From: Chiloscyllium plagiosum
Taxonomy: Eukaryota
DNA: 64,000 nt
Direction: 5' to 3'
Assembly: GCF_004010195.1 (NCBI RefSeq)
Contig: NC_057711.1
Span: forward strand, 74,850,433 to 74,914,432
The notes beneath the pieces were generated by a model. The model ran no database searches and had not been told where the DNA came from. It saw only the letters and a list, made by a program, of their open reading frames with translations. Made by a program: the position numbers and the translations under genes. Shown here piece by piece: positions 11,456-24,270 of this stretch; positions within the stretch are counted from its first letter, which is position 1, and every line of letters begins with the position of its first letter.

Positions 11456-12461
11456 TAGATAATTATTTTTGTTAACATATTTTGGAATACATTGCTGAAG
11501 GCGAATGTTCTCCTTTTGAAGACAAATGGTATTTGATCAACACACTTACACTTCCCTTCTATTGAGGTAAATACAGTTTTGCAACAATTTATAAATAACA
11601 TGAATCTCAGGCATTACATTATGAGGCTAGATAATTACAGCTGTAATTTATAATTTGCATATTTAATTTTGCAAGTTTGCCTCTGTTCCACAAAGCAATA
11701 TTAAAGGAATTCAGATTCAATATAGTGAAGGTTTTTAGCCCAGCCAAGGCTACAAAGCTGAGTCATCTTCTTCCAATTTCATTTCACTAATTTCTTGCTG
11801 ATTCTTTTAACATAAAAGTCATCCCCTAAAAACCTCTGCATTGGATTGGATCAGCTTAATTAACAATAGGGAATACAATATAATAATGACAATCTATGTT
11901 AATCAAAATGGAATTAAAAGGTTTATTAACAGGGAAAAGACTTCATAGAAGCAATTTAGAAGACCGTACATTCCTATTTTTCCAATGATTGCACTGATGA
12001 GAACATCATTTGTTTCATTTTACTTGCCATCATAGACATGCATTGTGATAGAAGTTACATTTTCCATTTGGTGAATTAACAGCCTTTTTCAATGCATAAT
12101 TGATTTTAACCTTTTTTTTTCTCAAATCAATTTAATTATCTCTACCTGAATTTCATTCAATTTCCACCCATTTACTGTATTATTATAATAGACAAAAAAG
12201 CTCAGCAAAAATTAACATATTGCTTGTATCTTCCACCAGAAATTGCTTAAACAAAAAGTAGTTTGAAACTATTTAGGGTAAGAAACTGACGACTGGATTT
12301 TCCCCTCCTGACACTGACTGAATCTATGTCTGAAACCCCAAATTGTGGGTATGTGCTCCCACAACCTGAAACTTTCCAGACAATTCTCAGCATTCCTCTG
12401 ATGGGAAATGTGAAGGCTGTGAGCTAATACTCATGCAAAATAACATTAAATTGTCATTTAA

Positions 12462-12680
12462 ATAAAAAAAAAGAAAGTTCTGTTGAAGCTCAACAGTTCT
12501 GGCAGCAGCTGTGGAAAGAGAAATAGAGTTAACATTTCAAGTCCAATATGACTGTTCTTCAGAAGACTGTTCTGATAAAAAGACAAATACTAGACTCTAC
12601 ATAGATGCTGCCAGATCTGCTGAGTTCCTTCACGCCTTCCTTTTCTTTCATATTTTCAGCATTCACAGTATTTTGCTTCT
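12462..12680. mobile_element. PLE family B decayed palindromic element
   Basis: Left arm CTCAACAGTTCTGGCAGCAGCTGTGGAAAGAGAAATAGAGTTAACATTTC...TTCTTCAGAA; right arm TTCTGATAAA...AGATGCTGCCAGATCTGCTGAG. Confidence 0.7.
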
Positions 12681-14029
12681 ATTGGCATATAAATACTGAC
12701 TGCAAATCTCATTTTGCCTGACATTGGTAGTGAGTGAGTGAGAACTTTGACAGGTAAATCAGTTCATGAACCTTTAGTAAAACCTTTCTTGGAAGCAGAA
12801 AGCCTTTAACAGGAAATTTAAAAGGTCTTTGAAGTGTAATATAAAATACTGTATGACAATTTCTGTATGTATTTAATTAATAGTGTGATCATAGGGTTCT
12901 CCTTTAAAGATAAATGACCATTAATTTGATCAGAACTGTATAAATATTTAAATACATTAGAATATTGCATCCATTGTTTAAAGTACTCTTTGAGTTCAAC
13001 AGATTATGATTTAAATGGATCATCCGGACATTGTGATACCAGTTTCTTTTAAATTAAAGTCCAGAGATATTTTTAGACTTTTAAAATGAATTAAATAGCC
13101 CCCAAACTTCTTTGATTGAAACTCCATTGAGCCTTAAATAAAACAGCAGATGGCTAGACATATGATGAAGTCATTCAAAGAATCCATTGCATAGTAACAT
13201 AAGGAATTGAATCATGAAAGATCCTGGTTGCAAGCACTGATAATTTAAGTCACCAGGAATTGTTTACACAGCTGTGTAAATCTCCTTTTTATATTTAATT
13301 GACAGTTTTATGAGCAGTTAATTTAATTAAATGTTTTTAAACATTTTGAATGGTAATTTGGTTATTTTGACAGATTTAAGAGCACAGGATGAAAGAGTTC
13401 ATTTCTTTCAGTGATTGAATGTTGCTTCAACAGTTTTGTGAAATTTCAAGATAGACCTTTCTTTTAAACTTGTGTTTTGAATTTCTGTGTTTGTTTATAA
13501 TTTCCTGACATTTCAATGCCTTTCCAGTATTATTTCATGTCTCTTGACTTATCACATTCTATGTGCTGGGTGAGTAGAAACAGAGAACATATGAGGCACT
13601 GGAGGGCAAGAAGGCTCTGGACAAGGGAAAATTGAAAGGGCTGAGAGTTTCAAGATTGCATGATGCTGGTTTAGGTGAGGGGTAAGTGCTAGGAAACCTA
13701 ACAACTATATCAAGAATAGGACTCCTATACAAGTGATTGGAAGTAAGCTTTATAACCTGCCAACCTTAATGCTTGTCCACCTGCAGTCCCATGTCAGACC
13801 TGTGTTGAGAGGGAGCAGCCACAACTTCAACTAATAACAATATCTGGAAGATGAATGAGAATGGCCTGAAATTTAGAAGTCATAATCCAACATTTGGAAA
13901 TGGTCTAACTCATGCTTCCTGACTCAAAGTGTAAAATACTGTCCTGAAACTCTGATTTATCCCTATCTGATTATCTGGAATGGAAACAAATTGGTTTTAT
14001 CAAGAAAGTCTAAAAATTAAGCAAATAAA

Positions 14030-14200
14030 TTAAACATTTAAGAAAGAAATAGATGCTTTTAAAATTCTAAAGGTATCAAGGAGTATAGAGAGAAAGTGGG
14101 AATATAGTATTGAGATAAAGGATCAACCATGATCAAATTGAATGGCGGAACAGGCTTAAAGGGCTGAATGTTCTGCTGCACCAATTACTCTCCCATGTTC
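14030..14200 (+). mobile_element. CR1 3' tail remnant
   Basis: GGATCAACCATGATCAAATTGAATGGCGGAACAGGCTTAAAGGGCTGAATG. Confidence 0.65.
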
Positions 14201-14749
14201 CTTCATTGAATAATATCAGGCTTAGTGCTGTTTCTCATTGATGGGCAGTGAGAAGCACACAGAACCTCCTCAGAAGGATTCCCTAAAATCCTGATCCAGA
14301 TACATTTAGAATAATTTTGGTTTTAATTTTTATGTCTGATGTCAGGACACTGAAAAAGCAATTTAACCCATTGAACACAAGTGTTGTTCTTAGTCCTATT
14401 TCACAAGTTTTGAAGGTGGCAGGAGGACATGTGAGTCAATTTAAAATTTGTCACATTCACTCTGTTGTGGCTGCTTGAGGTTTTTCTTCCACAATTCATT
14501 ATTCATATTTGCTGTTTGTTTGGTTGGTGGCCATACCTTTTCATCTTTTACAATCTTGCAGATTTTTAACTGTATCTTAATGATGATGGTGATGAGGCGG
14601 AAGTAAATGGCCATGCAGCACTGAAAGCAAAGTATTGCAAAAGCAGAGAGTTTTGTCAATGAGAGACTTTTTTTTTGCACGGGTTGAAGGTGCCTCAATA
14701 TTGTTAAATCTATTCAAGATAATCTTTTAGAACAATACTCCTTAGTACA

Positions 14750-15537
14750 TTTCTCGATCACCAACACCATCCCCTCTTCCCACAGCACCTTCTCATGTAA
14801 ACATAGAAGGTGCAACACCTGCCCCTTCACCTCCTCCCTGCTCACCATCCAAGGCCCTAAGCAGTCTTTCCAAGTGAAGCAGCATTTCACCCGTACCTCC
14901 TCCAATCTTTTGTACTGTATTCGCTGCACCCAATGTGCCCTACTGTACATTGGAGAAACCAAACACAGACTGGGTGGCCGCTTTGTAGAACACCTCTGGT
15001 TCATGCACAAGCATGACCCTGACTTTTCTGTAACCGGTCATTTTAACACAGCATCCTGCTCACATGCCCACATGTCTATCTTCAGGATGCAGTGCTCCAG
15101 TGAATCACAACACAAACTTGAAGGACATCTCATCATCAGACTAGGCATTTTACAGCCTTCTGGGCTCTATACTGAGTTCACACACCTTCAAATTGTGAAT
15201 CCACTCCCATTCCTTCCCTTGTTTTTAGTTTTACTTGTTACATCTCTGTCACCATGTCTTTGCTCCTTTCCCCCCACCTCAGTGGAATTGTCTATTCCTT
15301 CCAGTCTCGCAGTTAGACACACCAGTCTTCTGCCCTGCTTACATTCTGATCACTTAATCTGATCTATCAACATCCTTTCTCCCCCAGCACTCCATTATCC
15401 CAATCCCTCATAAGTATTGCCCCCTCCACACTTCACGTCAGCTCTGATGAAGAATCATCTCGCCTCAAAATCTTAGCTCTCTCTCTCCATAGATGCTGTC
15501 TGACCTCTTGTGATCTCCAGCATTTTTTATTTTCAGT
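14750..15537 (+). mobile_element. Penelope-like element 3' remnant: GIY-YIG endonuclease pseudogene, 3' UTR and terminal decayed hammerhead
   Basis: ORF 14874-15362 NLLYCIRCTQCALLYIGETKHRLGGRFVEH...HFN...HLIIRLGILQPSGLYTEF, preceded by a C..RRCNTC linker; CTGATGA at 15444-15450 followed by a family B-type tail. Confidence 0.9.
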
Positions 15538-15629
15538 TTTGGAATCATATATTATTTCCACAAGAAAAAGATGAACAAATAGATTTAGAAAAGAACAATA
15601 ACCCAGAATTAGTTATTCATTGAGCAGTA

Positions 15630-16240
15630 AAGCAGTCTTACACCTTGTACAATTGTAGGGGAAGGTGCTGTGGGGGTGTGGGGAGATGTTGAAAATGGAG
15701 GAGGAGTGATCCAGGGTGTCCTGGAGGGAATGGTCCCAACGGAAGACTGGCAAGGGAGGGGAGTGGAATATGTGTCTGAAGGTGGCGGAAAAGGCAGCTA
15801 ATGATCTTTTGAGTGTGGATACTGGTGGGATGGTAGGTGAGGACAAGGGTTACCTTATCACTGTTGTGGAAGAGAAGAGAGGGGCTGAGGGCTGAAGTGT
15901 GGAAAATTGGTCAGACACGGCTAAGAGGTCTGTCAACAATGGTGGTAGCCATGATGTTAAGGAGCCGTGTTGTACTGGGATGAACAAAGTTAAAAATCAC
16001 ACAACACCAGGTTATAGTCCAACAGGTTTATTTGGAAACACTAGCGTTGCTCTTTCATCAGGTAACTGTGGAAGTTGAACATAAGACACAGAATTTATAG
16101 CAAACGAATTCAACTGAAATGATATATTGAACAATGGTGGTGGGGACTCCTTGGTTGTGCAGAAGGTGGACATTTTGGAGGCCCCATTGATGAAATTGGC
16201 ATTAACAGAACGGATGTAATGGTGATGGACGAACTGGGAG
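15630..16240 (-). mobile_element. Penelope-like element RT-endonuclease linker remnant
   Basis: ORF 15613-15846 HIFHSPPLPVFRWDHSLQDTLDHSS...STFPYNCTRCK, the segment normally preceding the GIY-YIG domain. Confidence 0.75.
15947..16129 (-). mobile_element. PLE family C terminal fragment, hammerhead partly deleted
   Basis: AAAAATCACACAACACCAGGTTATAGTCCAACAGG...CACTAGC...TTCATCAGGT; 12-bp TSD AACAATGGTGGT (15935-15946, 16130-16141). Confidence 0.8.
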
Positions 16241-19200
16241 AATGCAATACCGTGTTTTTCTTTTTATCCCTGGATAATGACCTCTTAAAGTTGCTCACCT
16301 TTAGTCCTGCAAATCTTTACACCGGCTCTGGCTAAAGTGTAACAGATCAACCTTGAGAATACTTTCAATTTTGTACTTTAGGGCATCAATGTGGAGAATA
16401 GGAGGAACATCTTGGTCTTTTATGTGGGCTGGGTATTCTGTGTGTCATATGCAATAGTGCTGGTAACTGTTTTATATCTTACTTTAAAAATATATCCTGC
16501 ACCTTAACAAGTAAATGCTGCAAACATGATGGTGGACTCATTAATGGCTTGTGGAAGATGATTTTCAGTGGTTTGTGATTTTTTTGTTGTTGGTGAATTT
16601 CATGCTGAATAAGTATATGTGATGCTGCACAATGCCCAACGACAGCGCTAATGTATCTTACTCAATATTGAAATAGTTGCACAGATACCAATGTTTTCAA
16701 ACTGAAAGCAGTACATTTTTCATCTTGCAAAAAGTAGGTGGTTTGGCTTTTTTGCACCCATTTCCAGAAACATTATAGTAAGTAAGGTTTAACAGACAGA
16801 GATTGCTTGAAAGAATTGAAAACATACCTGTGGTCCTCTCACCACAGTTGGCAGGCATACTTCTTCAGATCCCATTTTACGAAATATATCATAAGAAGAA
16901 ATTAAATATTTACAGCAACATTGCACATTGCCTTTATCTTTCGCATTTTGTATTTATCATCAACAATCTTCCCTGGATTGGAAAAGAGTACAAGGATGGA
17001 ATAAATTGATCCAAAAATGTTTATCTGGCTGACATTGAATGTTAAATATGAATCCTTGTTATTGCACAGCTATGTTCACTTGGTGAAACTTCTAATTGTG
17101 CTCTGCCTTTATCTTGCTCATGATCATCAACAATGCAAATACAATCAGTTATAGGCTCAGTAACAATTCAAATGGCCTGGAATATGTTTTGACTAAATAA
17201 GGGCTCAAATGGTAACAGTTGGAAACAGTATCATTCAAGTGGCATCCTGAATGCTGTGAACTCTTGAGATTATTCTGCTAAATGAACTGACCACTAACCA
17301 TCAACTTCATCCAGCTTGGAAAGGAATCTTACTCTGGAAAATTAAGGATTTAGTTCTTCCAACATTGTTATTTTGTCAAGACACCTTTAAGTGAAAGTTT
17401 GAGGCGTCTTCGATTTAGGCATACTGTTTTGATGCCATCTATCTTTAAACTGCAAGCAATTGAGTGACACTAATTTCTGTGGTGGTAAACCTGCTGAATT
17501 GTACCACTTTTCCCTCCATCATTCTGCTCTGCTCAAAAGTTCTCCTGAATATAGATGCAGCACTTCCTTAAAGGATTAAAAAAAAACTGTAACACCATTC
17601 TTAAGTTGCAGTACTGCATTACTCTTAAAATGTCCTATTGTGCCAAATCTGCTGAGTCCAGGTCATGAGACTATTGATGGATTCAATTAACTCATGTTTG
17701 GTCTATTCTGTCATAGTGTGGGTGTGCTTTTAAATACTCATAAATTGTAACTATGCTGAGACTTTTGCACATTGGTAGTTCTGCTAATCCTGGACCAGAC
17801 AGAAGATTTTGGGGAAGCCAAGATTAACCTATATATTGGCAGAGCTGTGTGATTCTGCCAATGTGTGGAAGTGCTGATTTATTATTGTTACTTGCTGACG
17901 TATATGCCTTTCAGGATGCAGAGTATGGAAGCGTTGGCACTCACTCCTGTGTTGATTTCAGCTTTTAACTTTTTTAAAAAGTGCCTTGCCTTAATATTCA
18001 TGGTTGAAAGAGCTTCTAGTTGCCTTATATTGTTGATATCTTATGTGAAGTGCACAATATGAAAAGCTTGATCATCTTTTGAAATTTGCATTTGTCTTGG
18101 CTAACTTTGAACCTCATTGATGTGTTTCAATTTGAGCACCTTTTTAACCAACATTGTGATGTTATACCATCTTATTGGTCTTCTGTGTTTTCTTATGTGG
18201 TTTGGCTTAGCCATTAAAACCATATTTCTGAAGCTGCTGATCTATTGGCCTTGGTTCATTTTAAACTGCTGCTTTAAGATTTCAGCCTCTGGTTGCTTTT
18301 AGTAGCTTTCATCCTTTGGATGGCATTTGCACCAAAAAAGGATTTATACCATCATATTTGTTTCTTTTATCACACCTATTTGGAGAAAGAAAATAGTGGA
18401 ACCAGATGATGTCTCAATTCAGGTCAGCCTTCTTAATATAGAAAACAATTGGTTTTAGTGTTTTAAGATACATTTTCTTCTGTACTACTGTGGAGTTGGG
18501 TTTTTATGACAACTTATCTATCTTTTATTTTAAATCAGATCAGTAACTCCTTTTAGTTTTTTTTTAAGAATAAAGAACAAAGAACAGGAACAGGCTCTTG
18601 TGCCCAATAAGACTGAGCCAAAGCCTAATGTTTCTCTAAACTTAAAATCATTTGCATCTACACGGTCTATATCCCTCTATTCCCTCTCTATTCATATATC
18701 TATCAAAATACCTCTCAAACGTTGCTATTGTATCTGCCTCCACCACTTCCTCTAATGGTGCATCCCAAACACTTGCCAGCCTCTATGTAAAATACTTGCC
18801 TCTCACAGCTCCTTTGAACTTACCCCTTTTATGTTAATCCCGTGTCCTCTCATAATTGGCATTTCTACTCTGGGCAAAAGACTCCAAATCTCCTTTCTCT
18901 CCATGCCTCTCAGTTTTGTAAACTTCTATCAGGTTGTTCCTCATCTTTCAATGTTCAAATGAAAACAAACCAAGCTTCTCCAATCTTTCTTCATAACTAA
19001 TACCCTGCAAACCAGGCAATATCCTGATAAACCTTTTCTATATCCTTTCGAAAGCCACTGCATGATTCTGGTAGTTTGATGATTATTATAGACAAATGTG
19101 ATCTAACTAAAGTTCCATACAGCTGCAACATGACTTGCCAATCTTTATAATCGTGCCACAAGCGATTAAGGCAACCATGTGATTTGCCTTTTTGACCACT

Positions 19201-19459
19201 TTATCCATTTGTATTGCCCTTTCAGAGACCTGTGGACCTAGTTCCTTCTGTATGTCGATATTTCTAAGGGTTATGCCATTTAATCTATGTTTCCTTCCAG
19301 TATTTGACCATCCAAATACATCATATCACATTTGTCCAGATTAACTGCATCTGTCATTCTCTGCCCAAATCTTCAGCCTATCTTTATCCTGCTGTCCCCT
19401 CGCAATCCTCTTCACTATCAGCAGCTCCCCCAATCTTTGTGTTGTCCACAAACATTTTT

Positions 19460-19778
19460 TTATTCCTTTACAGGATGAAGACATTTTTGGTCAGGCCAGT
19501 CCTTATTGCCCAGAAGGCAGTTAAGAGTCAACCACATTGCTGTGGGTCTGGAATCACATGTATGCTGGACAGGTAAAGATGGCAAATTCCTTTCCCAAGG
19601 GACATGAGTGAACCAGATGGGTTTTTCTTGGTCATTGTTAGACTCTGAATTCCAGATTTTTTTAAAAATTCAAATTCCATCATCTGCTATGGTAGGATTC
19701 AAACCAAGGTTCCCAAGACATTACCTGGATATCTGAATTAACAGTTGAGTGATAATACCACAAGGCCATCACCTCCCC
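19460..19778 (-). mobile_element. tRNA-derived SINE (non-HE1 family)
   Basis: Reverse head GGGAGGTGATGGCCTTGTGGTATTATC, B-box-like GGTTTGAATCC; body matches 26215-26445. Confidence 0.75.
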
Positions 19779-20516
19779 ATTTACTAATCAGATCATCTAT
19801 ATTCTCCTCCAAATCATTCATTTATATTTCAAATAACAGGGATCCCAGCACTGATCCCTGCAAAACACCACTGGTTGCAGATCTCCGGTCAGAAAAAACA
19901 CCCACCACTACTCTCTGTCTTCCATGACTAAGTTAGTTCTGTATCCATTTTGGCAGCTTGCTGAGGTTCCCATGTGACTTCACTTACTCTATCGGCCTGC
20001 CGTGAGGGACCTTGTCAATGACCTTGCTAAAGTCCACATGGACAATGTCTACCATCCTGTCCTCAATTGACATTATCACCTCCTCAAACAATGCAGTCAA
20101 GTTTGTGAGACACGACAGTCCCCACACAAAACCATGCTGCTTATCACTAATAAATCCATATTTTTCCAAACATAGTAAATCTCATCCCTAAGAATCTTTT
20201 CCAATAATTTCCCTACCACAAATGAAAGGCTCAGTGGCCTGTAAATTCCTGGACTTTCTCTGTTGCCTATCTTAGGCAAAGAAACAATGTTGGCAATTTC
20301 CAGTTCTCTTGGGACCTCTCCCGTAACTGAAGAGGATACAAAGATTTTGTAGAAGGCACCAGTAATTTCCTTACCTGTCTCCCTCAGCATTCCAGGATAG
20401 ATCCCATCAGGTACTGGCGCTTTGTCTACTATAATATTTTCCAAAACATCCAACACCTCCTCCTTTTTTACATTGATATGCCCGAGAAACTCAGCAGCTA
20501 CCATGTCCTTCTCCTT

Positions 20517-20741
20517 CAATTACCCCCATCTGCATCTACTTATCGCCTTCCTAGATGCCTTCCCTCCAGCTTCACTACCACCTCCCTATTTATCTCTCAG
20601 ACCCCTTCCCCCTCAACATTCCTGATAAAGGGCTAATGCCAGAAATGTTGGCTCTCCTGTTCCTCAGATGCTGCCTGACCTGCTGTACTTTTCCAGCACC
20701 ACACTTTTTGGCTCTGACTCTCCAGTATCTGCAGTTCTCAC
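20517..20741 (+). mobile_element. PLE family A 3' UTR and terminal repeat with mutated hammerhead
   Basis: Pyrimidine-rich UTR then ATTCCTGATAAAGGGCTAATGCCAGAAATGTTG...GCAGTTCTCAC; flanked by TTCTCCTT repeats. Confidence 0.8.
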
Positions 20742-21229
20742 TTTCTCCTTTGTGAATACCAATGCAAAGTGTTCACTAAGGACCTCACCCACTTCCTGTG
20801 GCTCCACGCATAAATTCCCTTCTTCATCCTTTTGTGGACCTAGCCTTTCCCTAGCTACCATCTTGCTCCTCGTTCCTTGAGTGAGAGGTAGGGAATTCAA
20901 TGTACTTCACTATAAGTCGAATCTTTTAGCTTTGATTGTATTTGTAATGTCAGCCTTTTTTTAAAATATCAGGCAATCTCAGAACTTTGTTATATCTTGA
21001 TCAAAGTTATATTGTGATTTTAAAAAAATCTCCTTTTTCTTGCTGGTCAATGTGCTATCTATTAATCTGTACAGAAATATACGCTCACAGAAATTGATGA
21101 TACTTATTGTTCAAATTCCCTGAGTCCAATACAGGTGACTGCTTGCTCATCGATTAGTTTTCTAAATATCTACCACAAAGATATTGGAGTTTTTATATAT
21201 TCAGCCGTCAGTGCTAACTGGTGTGATGA

Positions 21230-21655
21230 GAAACTGGAACAGTTAAGATTATATTCACTGGGGTTTAAAAGAATGAGGGAAGGGAGATCCACACAGAAAT
21301 CTATAAAACTTTAGGAGGACATGACAGTGTGAATGCAGGAAGGATGTTCCCAATGACCAGTGAGTATAGAACCAGGGGTCACAGTCTAAGAATACAGAGT
21401 AGACTATTTAGGAGTAAGATGGAGAGAAATTTCTTTGTACAGAGAGTGATGAACCTGTGGAATTAATTGTCACAGAACATGGTTGAGGCTAAAAGATTGA
21501 ATTTTTTTAAACAGTAGTTAAAAATAGTTCTTAAGACTAAAAAGATCAAAAGTTCTAAAGAGAAAACAGGAACTGAGTACTGAGTAGTATGATCAGCCAT
21601 GATTATATTGGATACCAGAACAGACTCAAAGGATTAACTCCTATTTTCCATGTAC
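21230..21655 (+). mobile_element. CR1 3' remnant
   Basis: AGAACCAGGGGTCACAGTCTAAGAATA, AGAGAGTGATGAACCTGTGGAATT, GATCAGCCATGAT. Confidence 0.75.
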
Positions 21656-22104
21656 TCATAAGTTGAGTTTGCCTCAAGCAGGATATTTTACCTGATAAGG
21701 CAAGGCTCATGTTATTCTTGGTAACATTAGGAACTAGGCATTGACATTGTGGTGTTGAAGAATACAACAGATGTTTATTACAGCTAACTGTTATATATAA
21801 ATGTTACTTTTCTTGGACCCTCGTGAATTTTGGTTTAATATTAAGTTGATTGATTACAACGGAAAGCAGCATATATCCAGTAGTATACCATTCCCCTAGT
21901 TATCTCAATGTAAGATGGAATATGAAATCTTTATGAACTAATGTTACCAACATTGATACCATGACGATATCATGAATATATATTTTGAAGGCATGTTATC
22001 ATACTTGACTGGGAGAAAGTGAGGACTGCGGATGCTGGAGATCAGAGCTGAAAATGTGTTCCTGGAAAAGCGCAGCAGGGCAGGCAGCATCCAAGGAGCA
22101 GGAG

Positions 22105-22140
22105 AATCGACGTTTCGGGCATGAGCCCTTCTTCAGGAAT
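22105..22140 (-). ncRNA. Minimal type I hammerhead ribozyme motif
   Basis: Reverse strand ATTC-CTGAAGA-A-GGGC(TCAT)GCCC-GAAA-CG-TC^GATT. Confidence 0.72.
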
Positions 22141-22141
22141 G

Positions 22142-22177
22142 ATTTCTGAAGAAGGGCTCATGACCGAAACGTCGATT
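22142..22177 (+). ncRNA. Minimal type I hammerhead ribozyme motif, stem mismatches
   Basis: ATTT-CTGAAGA-A-GGGC(TCAT)GACC-GAAA-CG-TC^GATT. Confidence 0.62.
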
Positions 22178-24079
22178 CTCCTGCTCCTTGGATGCTGCCT
22201 GACCTGCTGCGCTTTTCCAGCAACACATTTTCAGCTATCATACTTGACTGTAAGACACAGTAAAACAAAAGCCAAGCAAAAAGTTAAATGTCATTATATC
22301 ATTGACTTATTATAAATTCCCTGTTATTTACAATTCAATCATTTACAAAATCATTTGAGGATCTGTGGTTGGAGAAAAATTGAAATCCTTGTTTTGCTGC
22401 ATTTACGTGGTCCTTGTGATCCATAAAAATAAAACCAAAATCTTACATCCTGATGCTTAGTTTCCATTTGTAGTATAATGAGTTAAGAAGCAGTGGGGAA
22501 GAATTTTTGGCTTACAATGCTAGCTTTTATCCACAATGGAATCTATAATGAAGTTACTCATTATGAACTTGACGGTGCTAATAAGATATGTACGATAGAT
22601 AAGCGTACATACATATTGATAGACATAGACTTGAGATGAATATTTTGTTCAGGTACCTACTTAGTGGAATATTATGGTTGTAATTGGCAATTAGGCTTAG
22701 GCACTGTATAACCATTTAAGAAACAGACAAAAACTAGGTCCTCGAGATTTCTCATGCATCTGCTAACTTAGATTCGGTTATGTAATTGTAATATATTGTG
22801 ACCATATATTTGCTGTGCAGGTTATTTATAATAGTTTCTGAGTAAGCGAAATATTTAGCTGCAAAACCAGAAAGATTCCCAAATAATGCTGTACTTCATC
22901 ATGAACCAAAGATTTGTTCCTAATCTAATGACATCCAATGATGTCTTTCAGCCATCTCTGAAGAAAATAATTCCAATTATTGTTTGTTAAAAATTTCAGA
23001 TGCAGCTGCGATATAACTTAGCTTGAGTATGCTCTTTACTCCGACAAATGGCCAACATGTCTTACTTTCGGAGCCATGTCAGTTCTGCCCAATATCTGGT
23101 CGTGTAATACTTGTGACCTGTGGCATAAAAATAAGATTCTTCTGTGAAAATAGCTACATGTCAAGTCTTTGAAATTAATTGGTGTTGCGTCCATTTTACA
23201 TTTATAAAACAAACACTTAACTGTCCAATTGGTAAGCACCTTGACCATATATATTCCATGCTTGAAGTATATCACTTACCTTGTCAGAAAAAAAACTTGT
23301 GCTGCATTCTGAAATAGATGCTAGGTACGTTGAATATACTAATAGTGTGCCCTACATATTATTAGGGCTCTTTCCAATATTTGTTAGCACTTGGGTGCAG
23401 GTTGCAGAATGCTTGTTACACTTACAAATAAGGCATTTGTCAACCAAATCACAGTACGTTATATGGACTGATGGAGAGAAGTTTTAATTTTCTTATGCAT
23501 CTTTAATGTGAAGCTAGAAGGAGCTGGAGCGCACATCCTTGCTCTATATTAAATTTCTGGAATGCCACTCAACATATTATTGAGTGCTGGGATTGCACCC
23601 CAGCCTGAATGTGAATTCAAGGCACATGAGCCCCTTTGTTAACATTTCAGTAAGTGTGCTAAATTGGCTTCATATAGACTAGATCAGATATGCATGACAA
23701 GGGTGCTTAGTTTACCAACTGCAGGCACATGTACAGAGTAAAAATATAATCAAAATGTAATTCTTTCACTTAACTTCAACTCCCTCCTCATGAATAATAA
23801 ATAAATCATGCTGGCTTGCCCATGGTTAATTAGCCGACTAATGTTTTCTTATGGTTACATTAACATTGAAGCAATCAAATGGTTGTGCTCTCTTTGTTGC
23901 CCCTAGTTTTCCAATAACCAACCAAAGCAACTCTAATTTTTTTTTTCTCTCAGTATACTACAGTATCCAAATTGACTACAGGAAGTGATTTGTGCACCTT
24001 CTTCATAATTTGGTGACTTTTCAATGAAATTGGACTCCAACACAAAAAATGAAGAAAAAAAAATTGGAGGGATTGATGC

Positions 24080-24270
24080 AGACCCTGTGGAGTAGTGGGA
24101 GTATCCCTACCTCTAAATCAAGAGACCTGGGTTCAAGTTCTATCTGCTCCAGTTTTTAAAATTCATTTGTGGGACATAGGCATCACTGGTTGGCCAGCAT
24201 TTATTGCCCATCCCTATCTGCTCTTGCGATGTGTGTAATAATATCTCTGAACAAGTTGATTAGGAAATAT
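24080..24270 (+). mobile_element. Short tRNA-head SINE split by an antisense LINE/SINE tail (about 24153-24226)
   Basis: CCCTGTGGAGTAGTGG...CTGGGTTCAAGTTC...CTGCTCCAG, resuming TGTGTGTAATAATATCTCTGAACAAGTTGATTAG. Confidence 0.6.

Larger units (their letters stand above)
18565..20870 (-). mobile_element. CR1 LINE ORF2 remnant (RT to 3' tail)
   Basis: ORFs 20097-20519 (DKAPVPDGIYPGML...YRPLSLSFVVGKLLEKI) and 19984-20169 (QHGFVWGLSCLTNL...DFSKVIDKVPH); tail (AAAGAAC)n near 18570. Confidence 0.9.
22012..22235. mobile_element. PLE family A palindromic mini-element with hammerhead motifs on both strands
   Basis: Inverted arms meeting near 22141; perfect 15-bp TSD TATCATACTTGACTG (21997-22011, 22236-22250). 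Confidence 0.92.

Noticed and set aside
14874..15362. Functional GIY-YIG nuclease gene
   Set aside because: No upstream RT, non-ATG start, apparent frameshift damage and substituted conserved residues; a decayed PLE fragment.
16829..16972. Minus-strand exon with plausible acceptor and GTATG donor
   Set aside because: All three frames contain stops; no coding support.
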